Source of the DNA: Patescibacteria group bacterium
Lineage (GTDB): Bacteria > Patescibacteriota > Patescibacteriia > Buchananbacterales > SURF-54
DNA length: 64,000 bases
Assembly (NCBI GenBank): GCA_018818885.1
Contig: JAHIRB010000018.1
Coordinates: 5,041 to 69,040, forward strand
Direction: 5' to 3'
In this document: one piece after another, positions 50,303-59,573 of the stretch
Layout of the letters: every line of letters starts with the position of its first letter
How positions within the stretch are numbered: the stretch's first letter is position 1
Notes under the pieces: generated by a model
Databases searched by the model: none
The model's input: the letters and a program-made list of their open reading frames with translations, nothing else
What the model was told of the DNA's origin: nothing
Position numbers and translations under genes: made by a program

Positions 50303-50803
50303 GCCATTCTTTTTTTTAGAATTTTTGTCTTTTTGTATCTCTTTTGCTAAGTCGGGATCAACAAACATTTCATCTTCCTTTATTCTATTATATACACCAT
50401 TTTTATTTGTTTTACCAAAATCTACAACTTTAAAATATCTATCTAATATTTCTGTAATATAATTTTTATCTCCAAGTCTTGAAAATAATTCAATATTACT
50501 TACTCTACTTGAGGTAGATAATTTACCAATAATACTACGGATATCATTATGCTTTGCTGCGCGTTGTTTTCCATGATGTTGTAAGCTACCACTAACACTT
50601 TGTCTTTTTTGTGCGGCAACTTCTTCCATGTATTCTCTACATAGTTTTAAGAAATTATCTTTTGCGGCTCTACCATCTTTAGTATTGGGAAAGTTATCTA
50701 GTAAAGCATCCATATCAGCAATAGGTAGTTCAGGATTTAGATTTCTTAGATCAACAAATTCTTGAGGAGGGGGTTGTGGTATTTGTTCGAGTCTTCTAGC
50801 CAT
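50294..50803 (-). CDS. hypothetical protein, apparently co-transcribed with tsaE
   Basis: 169 aa ORF starting 3 bp after tsaE stop. Confidence 0.7.
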   Translation of the reverse strand: MARRLEQIPQPPPQEFVDLRNLNPELPIADMDALLDNFPNTKDGRAAKDNFLKLCREYMEEVAAQKRQSVSGSLQHHGKQRAAKHNDIRSIIGKLSTSSRVSNIELFSRLGDKNYITEILDRYFKVVDFGKTNKNGVYNRIKEDEMFVDPDLAKEIQKDKNSKKKNGSA

Positions 50804-50806
50804 ATA

Positions 50807-51259
50807 TTAAGTAATATTAATAATTCTTGTATTTTGATTATTTCCCAACTCTAACAAAATTTTCTTAGTTTGTCTAGGAAGGATTTTTTTTATTTTTTCT
50901 GCCCATTCGATCACTACAACAGTATTTTTATCTCCAAAATATTCATCTGCACCAATATCAACAATTTCTTGTGGAGATTTAGTTCTGTAACAATCGATAT
51001 GAACAAATTGACGAATGTAAATCACGCCTCGGCGAGACGCCTTCGGCGAATTAACTTGGTATACTTTCATCAACACAAAAGTAGGGCTGGTAATTATTTT
51101 TTTTATTCCTAAACCTTGCGCGATGCCTTTGATCAACGTGGTCTTCCCTGCACCCAAATCTCCTGTTAAAGCCAAAACTTCGCCATCCTTAAGACCGCTT
51201 GCAATTTTTTTACCTAAAGCTATTGTCTGTTTTTCTGATGTAGTAATATGTTTTGACAT
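50807..51259 (-). CDS. tsaE: t6A biosynthesis ATPase
   Basis: GDLGAGKTT, ITSPTF, HIDCYR, IEWAE. Confidence 0.95.
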   Translation of the reverse strand: MSKHITTSEKQTIALGKKIASGLKDGEVLALTGDLGAGKTTLIKGIAQGLGIKKIITSPTFVLMKVYQVNSPKASRRGVIYIRQFVHIDCYRTKSPQEIVDIGADEYFGDKNTVVVIEWAEKIKKILPRQTKKILLELGNNQNTRIINIT

Positions 51260-51322
51260 ATTTAATTATATTTGGTAAATTATTGTAATCAGGAGGGGAT
51301 ATAAAACCAAAGGAGGCAACAA

Positions 51323-51619
51323 ATGGGAACTGAACAGGTAGTAACTTGCCAGCCACTTCCGACCTCATATGTGGGTCATGGCATGAAAACATTGAAAGCC
51401 CAGATGGCACTCATCAAAGAAGCAGTAGAACAACAGAACAAGGGCATAAGAGGTTGTCAATTTGAAGGTGTTGCAGTTCTCCAAGTCTCTATTGATGGCA
51501 ACTGCCCAAATCCAGATTGTGGCTCATCGAATATTAATTCGCACAAAGCCCCGGCGGAATTTGGATTGGATGCCAGAAGATGTAAATGCAACGATTGCAG
51601 AACAGTTTTTAATTTTTAA
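51323..51619 (+). CDS. orphan zinc-ribbon protein inserted between tsaE and tsaD
   Basis: CPNPDC and CNDC; AAGGAGG SD. Confidence 0.6.
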   Translation: MGTEQVVTCQPLPTSYVGHGMKTLKAQMALIKEAVEQQNKGIRGCQFEGVAVLQVSIDGNCPNPDCGSSNINSHKAPAEFGLDARRCKCNDCRTVFNF

Positions 51620-51632
51620 CACTAGAATAATT

Positions 51633-52679
51633 CTAGTTCGGTTCAACTTTGACTTCACTCCACGGGGTGAAATCTTTTTTTAGTATTTTAAAATATGCTG
51701 CTGCAGCAATTATAGCAGCATTATCTGTACAAAGATTAAACGATGGGATCAGCAAGTCAACATTTACATTCTTTTTCATTTCATTGCGAAGTAATTTATT
51801 AGCAGTAACTCCACCGCCTAGTAAAATTGTTTTTACTTTATATTTTGTAGCAGCATCAATAGTTTTTTTAACTAGTACGTCAACTACTGCTTTTTCAAAG
51901 CTAGCAGCTATGCCAGTCTTTTGTTTTACAGACAATTTTTTTAAGCCTCTTACTTTATATAGAACAGAAGTTTTTATCCCAGAAAAGGAAAAGTTGAAGT
52001 CTTTAGAATTAATCATACCGCGCGGAAAATCAAAAGCATCTGGTTTACCCTTTGTCGCCATTTTAGATATCACGGGGCCTCCAGGGTAGCCTAGGTTTAA
52101 TATTTTAGCAACTTTATCAAACGCTTCGCCAGCTGCATCGTCTAAAGTCTGGCCAATGTTTTTAAAACTGAATTTATCTTTCATGTAGATTAGTTCTGTG
52201 TGTCCGCCTGATACGATTAGTCCTATTGACGGGAATTTGATGGGTAGATCGGGCGCCTCTGCCCGATCGTTGCGATGGGACGCAGGGGCCCCTCCCACCC
52301 CACTAGGTAGCCAATTAGCATAAATATGTGCTTTTAAGTGGTTGACTGTTATTAGTGGTTTTTTCCAAACATAAGAAAGTACTTTAGCAGTTTCAGTGCC
52401 AACCAATAACGACGTTATTAAGCCAGGCTTATTGGTCACAGCAATATAATCAATTTTTTTTTGATTAACTTTGGCTTTAATCAAAGCTTGATTTAGAACT
52501 GGTAGCATGTTTTTTAAGTGATTTCTGGCTGCAACTTCTGGCACAATACCACCAAACTTCGCGTGAATCGCGATTTGAGAAGAAACAACATTACTAAGAA
52601 TTTTAAAATTGCCACGGTCAACTTTTATAACCGCGACGGCAGTTTCGTCACATGATGTTTCAATTCCTAAAATAATCAT
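51633..52679 (-). CDS. tsaD: tRNA threonylcarbamoyltransferase
   Basis: GIETSCDET, GGIVPEVAAR, HLKAH, VSGGHT, DDAAGEAFDK, CTDNAA. Confidence 0.97.
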   Translation of the reverse strand: MIILGIETSCDETAVAVIKVDRGNFKILSNVVSSQIAIHAKFGGIVPEVAARNHLKNMLPVLNQALIKAKVNQKKIDYIAVTNKPGLITSLLVGTETAKVLSYVWKKPLITVNHLKAHIYANWLPSGVGGAPASHRNDRAEAPDLPIKFPSIGLIVSGGHTELIYMKDKFSFKNIGQTLDDAAGEAFDKVAKILNLGYPGGPVISKMATKGKPDAFDFPRGMINSKDFNFSFSGIKTSVLYKVRGLKKLSVKQKTGIAASFEKAVVDVLVKKTIDAATKYKVKTILLGGGVTANKLLRNEMKKNVNVDLLIPSFNLCTDNAAIIAAAAYFKILKKDFTPWSEVKVEPN

Positions 52680-52761
52680 ACAAATGTATTATAGCATATT
52701 GACATTTTCATAAATAACTAGTAAGGTTTGCATACAAAACTAAAAAGGAGGGGAAAGACTG

Positions 52762-53133
52762 ATGACAAAAGATCGTCGGATATTCGGTACCAAAAAAACA
52801 AAAGTTTTACTGAAGGACGTCAAGAAGGGAGACACAATTGAGATACGAGTGCCTGTAGAAGACACTGAAACTGCTTTTGTCAAACCCGACGACAAGTCCT
52901 ACTGGATTGGCCTGGAGGTGATCACAGTAGTTGAAGGTATGATCAATGCCAAGATTGTCGAACCAGACGAGGTCAAAAGCGGATGCGAAGCCAATGTGTG
53001 GTTTCCAGAAGTTGAAGTAGGTGAACCCCTTAACTTATCTTGGACGCATGAAGTGTCGGAAGATATCGCATTCAGGATTCAGTCTGTCAACGAAATACTG
53101 CTCATTTCATTCAAAGAAGCAAAAGTCGGGTGA
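52762..53133 (+). CDS. orphan hypothetical protein
   Basis: TTGACA-17-TAAGGT promoter at 52699, AAGGAGG SD. Confidence 0.6.
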   Translation: MTKDRRIFGTKKTKVLLKDVKKGDTIEIRVPVEDTETAFVKPDDKSYWIGLEVITVVEGMINAKIVEPDEVKSGCEANVWFPEVEVGEPLNLSWTHEVSEDIAFRIQSVNEILLISFKEAKVG

Positions 53134-53184
53134 TTCACCAAAAATTAAGGGAGGCGCTTTCATTGCGAATGCGCCTCTTCTCTA

Positions 53185-53289
53185 TTTGTCATTTCGACCA
53201 ATGTTTAGTCAAATTCACGTGCGTGGAGAGAATTCTTCCCATGCTCATTGGAAGGTGTGGGATCCTTCGCTATCGCTCAGGATGACAAA
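53185..53289. repeat. GTCAT-terminal palindromic element, copy 1
   Basis: TTTGTCATTTCGACC ... GGATCCTTCGCTATCGCTCAGGATGACAAA; homologue at 60874-61052. Confidence 0.75.
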
Positions 53290-53299
53290 AAATTATTGA

Positions 53300-54001
53300 C
53301 TACTTCTTTAAGTAATTTTGCCTTTTCTTTTCTGGAAATTTTTCAATTGCATATCTTAGCATTGTTCGTGGCATTTGTTTGACATGCTTTTTTAAAAAAA
53401 CTTCTTCAATTTTCATGTCACGATTGCCGACTTCGCGAAGCATCCACCCAACTGCTTTGTGGATTAAGTCGTGATCGTCATTAAGTAATATTTTGGATAT
53501 TTTGAGTGTGTCAGAAAAATCATTCTGGCGTATAAAAGCATATGTAGCTAAAATCGAAATTCTTTTTTCCCAGAGATTTTTCGATTTTGCGAGCTTGTAT
53601 AATACTTCGCGTTTTTTATCTAAAAGATAGGTACCCACGATATTTGGCGCAGAAAGATCAACAAGATCCCAATTATTGATGTTCCTTGTATTTTTTAGAT
53701 AGAATTGGAAGATTTTTTTCTTTTGGCTTTCATTAGATTTGTTATATTGAGCAATTAAGATAAAGAGCGCAATTAATCTGTATTCGTGAATTTTTGTAGT
53801 TAGAAGTTTTTGCAGTTCACCTAACGTCAGATTATTATATTTCTTAGAAACTTTTCTTTGGACAGGGACTTTAATACCTAAGAAAATGTCACCTTCTCCG
53901 TATTGACCTTTACCAGTTTTAAAAAAACCTTGTAAAAGTAAAGCTTGTTTTTTGTTTTTTAATTTATCTAATTCTTTTTTTAATTCATTTAACTTCGCCA
54001 T
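53300..54001 (-). CDS. DNA alkylation repair protein (AlkD-like)
   Basis: FFKTGKGQYGEGD, NNWDLVD, IHKAVGWMLRE, MPRTMLRYAIE. Confidence 0.92.
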   Translation of the reverse strand: MAKLNELKKELDKLKNKKQALLLQGFFKTGKGQYGEGDIFLGIKVPVQRKVSKKYNNLTLGELQKLLTTKIHEYRLIALFILIAQYNKSNESQKKKIFQFYLKNTRNINNWDLVDLSAPNIVGTYLLDKKREVLYKLAKSKNLWEKRISILATYAFIRQNDFSDTLKISKILLNDDHDLIHKAVGWMLREVGNRDMKIEEVFLKKHVKQMPRTMLRYAIEKFPEKKRQNYLKK

Positions 54002-54597
54002 TTCAAATTAATATACTTTTTAAATTTTTCATTTTTCAAATAAAAATATCCCATCATAGAAACAAACCCACCACCTAGCGAATCAACTATTAGATCCCAC
54101 ATAGTATCTACTAAACCTCGCTTTTGCATATTCACACCAAAGAATTGATCCATGGAAAATTCAAAAATTTCCCACAAAGCACCCAAGGCAATAGCAAAAG
54201 AAAAGGCAAACATTGCCACAAATCCCGCACTTAATTTAAGAGGTTTATATTCTTTATTTAAGGAATAAACAAGAGAAAAACCGATCACTCCAATAATTAC
54301 TCCAGAAAGCGTATGCAAAAATAAATCCCACCACCAAAATTTCAAATAAAAATCCAATACTCCACCAAAAAATATTGAAGTGTAAATAAAAAAGACGATC
54401 AAAATTTCAAATTCAGAAGGGTACTGATGTTTTAATCTTTTCGAAAGAATGCTTGGCAGAAACGTCAAAATAAAAGTTATAATTGTTAGTCCAAGGTTTA
54501 ACCAGTCCCCTTTAATAATGGTTATAGTTGCAGCAATCATTAAAAGCAGGCGAAAAAGTATTGAAATCCAGGATTTTAAACTTTTATTATTGAACAT
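53989..54597 (-). CDS. membrane protein (DUF2238-like)
   Basis: WWDLFLH, GALWEIFEF, DTMWDLIVD. Confidence 0.75.
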   Translation of the reverse strand: MFNNKSLKSWISILFRLLLMIAATITIIKGDWLNLGLTIITFILTFLPSILSKRLKHQYPSEFEILIVFFIYTSIFFGGVLDFYLKFWWWDLFLHTLSGVIIGVIGFSLVYSLNKEYKPLKLSAGFVAMFAFSFAIALGALWEIFEFSMDQFFGVNMQKRGLVDTMWDLIVDSLGGGFVSMMGYFYLKNEKFKKYINLKWRS

Positions 54598-54605
54598 AAT
54601 TTATC

Positions 54606-55274
54606 TTATAAATAATCTTTAGGAAAGTTAGTACAAATTGCATCAATACCTTTTTTGATTACTTTATCCCCAATTTTCTTATTTAATATTTTCCAAGCAT
54701 AACATTCCAGTCCAAGTTCATGCGCTTTCTTTATTCTTCTTTTTTTAACTAAGTTGTAACGAAAGCCAATGCTATCTAATGGTATTGATAGCGCAAATTT
54801 CCAGATATTTTTTGAATATTTTCTTATCAAATAACTTACCTTAAGATTCGGGTTGGCTGTTTTGATTTCTTTTATCATATCAATGTCAAAAGAACTCACC
54901 CTAACATCATCTGTTAAATTATTTTTTAGTATTATTTCGTTTACTGGTTTCGCTGTTTTTTTGCCTTTTAATTCAATATATAAATTAATTTTACCTTTAC
55001 ACAAGTCAATTACTTCTTGCAACGTGGGAATTTTCTGACCTTCTTCGCAATTTAGTTTTTTTAGTTCATCAAGAGTCATCCCTGATACATAACCATGGCC
55101 ATCTGTAGTCCTATCAACTTTTTCGTCGTGGATTACAACAACTTCTCCATCTTTGGTTAGGTGAACATCCAATTCTGTGCCATTACAACCCAAATCAATT
55201 GCCTTTTGGAATGAAAGCAAAGTGTTTTCTGGGGCATAACCGCAAGCCCCGCGATGTCCGATAATGAGTGTCAT
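54606..55274 (-). CDS. glycerophosphodiester phosphodiesterase
   Basis: GHRGA..PENTL, ELDVH, VIHD, IELK. Confidence 0.93.
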   Translation of the reverse strand: MTLIIGHRGACGYAPENTLLSFQKAIDLGCNGTELDVHLTKDGEVVVIHDEKVDRTTDGHGYVSGMTLDELKKLNCEEGQKIPTLQEVIDLCKGKINLYIELKGKKTAKPVNEIILKNNLTDDVRVSSFDIDMIKEIKTANPNLKVSYLIRKYSKNIWKFALSIPLDSIGFRYNLVKKRRIKKAHELGLECYAWKILNKKIGDKVIKKGIDAICTNFPKDYL

Positions 55275-55283
55275 ATTATTTAA

Positions 55284-55472
55284 TTAAAACACAAATAAGT
55301 CATCAATAGTTGTTTTAAGTGCTTTGGCTACATCATGCGCAAGCTGTAGTGAAGGATTATATTTCCCCTTCTCTAAAAATACAATAGTTTCACGCCTCAC
55401 TCCTACTTTACGCGCAAGATCTTCTTGAGTTAAGTTATATTGCTGTCTAAGTTCCTTGATTTTGTTATTCAT
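55284..55472 (-). CDS. XRE-family HTH transcriptional regulator
   Basis: [27 protein letters not shown]. Confidence 0.93.
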   Translation of the reverse strand: MNNKIKELRQQYNLTQEDLARKVGVRRETIVFLEKGKYNPSLQLAHDVAKALKTTIDDLFVF

Positions 55473-55564
55473 AGATTACAAATTACGTATCAATACAAAT
55501 ATACTAATGACGAATTAGAGTATAAAATAAATAAATAAATTGTACCTTGGCTCGTTGTACATTG

Positions 55565-55948
55565 TTACTTGTCACAGCGCTTTTGGTAAACCTGAAACGT
55601 TACAATTTTTGTAATCATTATAAAACAAACAATATACAAAAATAATAATCCAATTCTTTTAAATTCTGGATAATTCACGCTAACTGCCATCAGTGTTGCG
55701 CCAATAGTTACTAAAGTAATTGTAACAATGTTGATAGTTGCTAGTGCACCTCTTCCAGCAACTTTGTAATCACGTTCATCCGCAGTAACTTCGTCTACCT
55801 GACGAAATAAATAATAGATTAAAAAGGTTGCCACTATTATTGATATTGGCACAACTACAGAATATCCTTGACTGACAGAAATTCCCATTATAATAGCAAG
55901 TGAGACAATTATAACGATTCTAATTTTTTCAAATGTTTTCTTCTTCAT
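55565..55948 (-). CDS. DUF2178-like membrane protein
   Basis: TM-TM-ADERD-TM-TM topology next to XRE gene. Confidence 0.75.
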   Translation of the reverse strand: MKKKTFEKIRIVIIVSLAIIMGISVSQGYSVVVPISIIVATFLIYYLFRQVDEVTADERDYKVAGRGALATINIVTITLVTIGATLMAVSVNYPEFKRIGLLFLYIVCFIMITKIVTFQVYQKRCDK

Positions 55949-55990
55949 ATGTTACTAATTAATACAAATATTACGAATTGGATTTATTAT

Positions 55991-56404
55991 TTATAATTTG
56001 CCCTTCCTTTCAAAATATAATAGTAAAGAGATAAATACTATTGCCATAACAAGTATGGCAGTACCCGTTGCTTGTGATGGTCGAGTAAAGTAATCATCAC
56101 CAAACCAGCCGAGAAAGAGCAACAGATAAATAGAAAATAAGAATGTATAATGGCCTGCTTTATAGCTGGCTTTTTTAGATCTTTCGTCTTCTACTGGGAC
56201 ATTGTCTTTAACACTTTTAGCATTTCTAATAATAACTGGGATAACCACCGCAATTATTAGTAGTAAAATAATTGGTAGCGCGAGATTAAAAAGATTGAAA
56301 TCAGAATTGTTTTGCCAAGATTTAACTAGCCAAAGTCCAGATGTGCCAATAAACATGACAAGCAATATTACTAGTAATGTGAGTTTAATTTTGTCTTTTG
56401 ACAT
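55991..56404 (-). CDS. DUF2178-like membrane protein (second)
   Basis: PVEDERS...KAG motif; ATG 56404 preferred. Confidence 0.75.
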   Translation of the reverse strand: MSKDKIKLTLLVILLVMFIGTSGLWLVKSWQNNSDFNLFNLALPIILLLIIAVVIPVIIRNAKSVKDNVPVEDERSKKASYKAGHYTFLFSIYLLLFLGWFGDDYFTRPSQATGTAILVMAIVFISLLLYFERKGKL

Positions 56405-56420
56405 AGGTTTTTGCTTATTA

Positions 56421-56477
56421 TATGTTAGAAATATATCACTATCTATAATGTTATATAATTCTAACATAGATGTCAAG
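56421..56477 (-). promoter_or_regulatory. promoter with inverted-repeat operator for DUF2178/XRE operon
   Basis: TATGTTAGAA ... TTCTAACATA inverted repeat beside a minus-strand TTGACA. Confidence 0.55.
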
Positions 56478-56545
56478 GGGTAGTTGTGGATAAAATAAAA
56501 GGGGCCGTTTTCTACGAAAGAAACGTGCCCCTGGTTTATATGAAT

Positions 56546-58102
56546 TTAATTTTGTATTACTTCTACTTTTACTTCCTCTACATCATTTATATCTATTTGC
56601 ACGGCTGGCATTGGTAAGGGTTCAATTCTTGAGCCATCGTCTTCAGATTCAAATTCGACCAATATTTCTGTAATTAATGGCACCACAACATTTTTCTTAT
56701 TTAAGTTTGGCACTACACGTCCATCGACACCATCAATATTAGGCCTGCTAATTATCGGGAAGATTAATGCAGGAACTAACAGCTCATCATTTTGTTCGTT
56801 CTGATAGACCCATTTTCTAAAATAACCCAAGCTTGGCTGTCCAACTTCAATTTCTAATGTATCTTGAGCATTGCCATAGTTATAAGAAAAAATACCGCCT
56901 TTTTCCACCCACTTCATTACAAGATTTGCATCAGTAATTGCAGGGTAGGAAGAACTTTGGTAATTTTGTGTGGTTAAACTTGTAACATTGTTAACTTTTT
57001 TTTCTTTAACATCTACTGCTATATTAAGCCCTATTGGATAACCATTGCCTTCGAATACCCCCTGCCCATTAATTTCTAACGGATATGTAACCATTAAAGT
57101 ATCTGGTACATAAAAGCTAGCTTTATCGGTTGCTTGTTCATAGAATATTTTCCAGTTATTATCTATAAACGGCTGACCATAATTAGCTAAGCTTATTTTT
57201 GCTGCATTCAAGAAATCACTAGCAATTTTTATTATCACATCATCTGCTGGCAGATCATTTATGTTTATACGTTGCTGGTCGTAGCACTTTTGGTCGTTAC
57301 ATCTAACTTGCGGCCATTGCTTATGATTTTTAAAGATAGTTAAGGCGCCTTCGTCTAAATTAGCATTAATAGTGTAGCCATAAGGTTTGTTTTGGGAAAA
57401 ACTTATGTTTTGAACCTGACTGTTAGAAAATCCAGATAGATCGGCTAGGCCTAAGTTGAAACTTTGTAGTAAGCTAGTTAAGCTGTCAGCGCTTGTATTA
57501 CCTTTAACTTTTTTTAAAACATCAAGAGTTTGTTGATCTAAAGTAATTGGCTCGCCTTTATAGACATACTTGTAATTAATTGCTTCATAATAAGGTGGAA
57601 TAAGATTTCCAACTTCTGATGTAGGCATTCCTCCTCCTCCGCCACTCTGAGTGCGGGGCTGGGCTGCGCCGATACCATCAGTTGAGCCGAGTTGTTCACT
57701 ACCACCTGCTAAACTGCCAAAAGCGCTGTCTGTAACTTTAGATATTTGTAATCCAGTCAAAAATGTTTGAGTAAATTCACCTTTTGATTTGTTTAAGGTA
57801 TAGGCCACTGGAATCATGATAACTATTGCTATCACAGCACCAACTGCCGCGTAATTTAGTTTTCTCATAGTCAATGAATTAATAATTAGATCGATGACTG
57901 AAAATTGATTTTTGGTTTTTATTTCAGTTGCTTTATCAATTAACTCCGCGCGAAGTTTTTTGGCAAAGCTGGCATCGAATGTAGTGTTTGGCTTTGTAGC
58001 CAAAATATTTTTAATGATAATTTTTAGTTCGTTTTCGTATTTTTTAAAGCTTGAATCAATCTGATAAAGTTCATTTAAAATTTGTTGTAGATCATTTTTC
58101 AT
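56546..58102 (-). CDS. putative anti-sigma factor (single TM, large extracellular domain)
   Basis: overlaps ECF sigma stop; P...F...LRAEL motif followed by TM. Confidence 0.65.
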   Translation of the reverse strand: MKNDLQQILNELYQIDSSFKKYENELKIIIKNILATKPNTTFDASFAKKLRAELIDKATEIKTKNQFSVIDLIINSLTMRKLNYAAVGAVIAIVIMIPVAYTLNKSKGEFTQTFLTGLQISKVTDSAFGSLAGGSEQLGSTDGIGAAQPRTQSGGGGGMPTSEVGNLIPPYYEAINYKYVYKGEPITLDQQTLDVLKKVKGNTSADSLTSLLQSFNLGLADLSGFSNSQVQNISFSQNKPYGYTINANLDEGALTIFKNHKQWPQVRCNDQKCYDQQRININDLPADDVIIKIASDFLNAAKISLANYGQPFIDNNWKIFYEQATDKASFYVPDTLMVTYPLEINGQGVFEGNGYPIGLNIAVDVKEKKVNNVTSLTTQNYQSSSYPAITDANLVMKWVEKGGIFSYNYGNAQDTLEIEVGQPSLGYFRKWVYQNEQNDELLVPALIFPIISRPNIDGVDGRVVPNLNKKNVVVPLITEILVEFESEDDGSRIEPLPMPAVQIDINDVEEVKVEVIQN

Positions 58103-58668
58103 ATTATGTTGGTAATATTTATAACGAAAAATAAGATAATTAGTGACATTTCTTCACGCAATTTTCTAATACTTCGGGAAAATATCATTTTAGAGTTAGC
58201 AACAGAGTTTTTGGTAATTTCAGAAATTTCTTGATAGGACAGTTGATCCCAAAGTCTCATCACTACAATTTCTTTCTGAAGGGGTTTTAATTTATTGAGA
58301 TGTTTTGAAACCTCTTGTAATTTTTGTTTAACATCGATATCACGTTCAATGTCGCTATCGGTTGATAAGTCCCATATAGCATCAATATCTATAGCATTTT
58401 TTTTAGAACGATAATAGTCTATTACATTATTTCTTGCGATTCTATATAGCCACGAAGAAAAACTACCTTTAGTAGAATCGTATTTGTTGATATTTTGCAG
58501 TGCTTTAAAAAAAGTCTGCGAGGTTAAATCTTCTGCTGTTTCTTTGTGAGAAGTTTTATAAAAGATAAAACTATAGATTTTTTTGATATAAACGTCGTAA
58601 AGCTGAGCGAATTGTTCTAATTCCCCCGCCTGACATCTTGTAATGATTGTGGATTCAGCGTTTTCCAT
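58099..58668 (-). CDS. ECF RNA polymerase sigma factor
   Basis: AEDLTSQTF, FSSWLYRIARNNVIDYYR, LSYQEISE. Confidence 0.93.
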   Translation of the reverse strand: MENAESTIITRCQAGELEQFAQLYDVYIKKIYSFIFYKTSHKETAEDLTSQTFFKALQNINKYDSTKGSFSSWLYRIARNNVIDYYRSKKNAIDIDAIWDLSTDSDIERDIDVKQKLQEVSKHLNKLKPLQKEIVVMRLWDQLSYQEISEITKNSVANSKMIFSRSIRKLREEMSLIILFFVINITNII

Positions 58669-58875
58669 GTTAAACCGAACTTTAAGTCAATTGAGCTATT
58701 TTGTTTAGATATTCCTAAGAATTTAAGTATTTTTGTAAACATATTTCCTTTAGTTATTTAATTTTTCTGTAATATATAACGAAACTAAAGGTGAAAGGTA
58801 ACATATTAAGTATATCCTGCCTGCGCCAGACAAGCAAAAAAATCACCTATACAGTGATTTTTTTGTATGTTTAGA

Positions 58876-59232
58876 TTAAGCCCCAGTAGCATTCAATATA
58901 TTAGCAACTACAAAGTTAGTAATTGCTAACGCCGAAAGGATTATGACCAGTCCGATCACACCAGCAGCAACAACTTTTTGGCCAGAACCGCTTTTATCTG
59001 CATTGCCACCTGCTGTCATCATCATAACACCGCCAGCAATAATTCCAACAATAACTAGTATTGCTAAAAATCCCAAGGCTACATTAACAATTGTCATTAC
59101 CGATTCTCTCAATTCTCTTGTTCCTAAACCTGTAGAAGAAAGATAACCCATCCCAGTATCGAGTGCATAAACTGGCAAGGTCACAAATAGAAAAATTGAA
59201 AGTAAGCAAAGTACTGTAATTAATGTTTTTAT
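58876..59232 (-). CDS. TrbC/VirB2-like pilin; probable start is an ATA at 59232
   Basis: two TM pilin core (GGVMMMTAGGN..GVIGLVIILSA); in-frame signal peptide KTLITVLCLLSIFLFVTLPVYA upstream of GTG 59184. Confidence 0.75.
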   Translation of the reverse strand: MKTLITVLCLLSIFLFVTLPVYALDTGMGYLSSTGLGTRELRESVMTIVNVALGFLAILVIVGIIAGGVMMMTAGGNADKSGSGQKVVAAGVIGLVIILSALAITNFVVANILNATGA

Positions 59233-59334
59233 ATATTTTTAAATTATTTTTTCTTCTATTTTGGCTTTGTTTTCTAAACCCCTGAATTTGTAGTTAAATA
59301 GCATTTAGCCAGTTATTATGTTTGACATAATGGT

Positions 59335-59562
59335 TTATTCTTTTTTCTTCTTCTTAAAGATTGTTATATAAAGATGTAGAGCTAATAAAATTAAGAAAGG
59401 ATAAAGTATCCAGTCGTGAAGTTTAAAAGACAAAGCTTTGGTTAAAACACCAAAAGTTATTTTTTCCATCACACGATAGTAAGTAATGCCTAGGCCGGAA
59501 ATTAAATAAATTACAATTGCTACTAGTAGTCCGTAGTGGACAGATTTTTTGAAAGTTTTCAT
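59335..59562 (-). CDS. small two-TM membrane protein with three His (possible heme-binding partner)
   Basis: ATG 59562 preferred; SVHY, KLHD, ALHL. Confidence 0.65.
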   Translation of the reverse strand: MKTFKKSVHYGLLVAIVIYLISGLGITYYRVMEKITFGVLTKALSFKLHDWILYPFLILLALHLYITIFKKKKKE

Positions 59563-59573
59563 AGATTCTCTCC

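Noticed and set aside
53021-53299. 92-aa ORF overlapping 52762-53133
   Set aside because: Runs through a terminator and palindromic element (DPSLSLRMT is repeat-derived).
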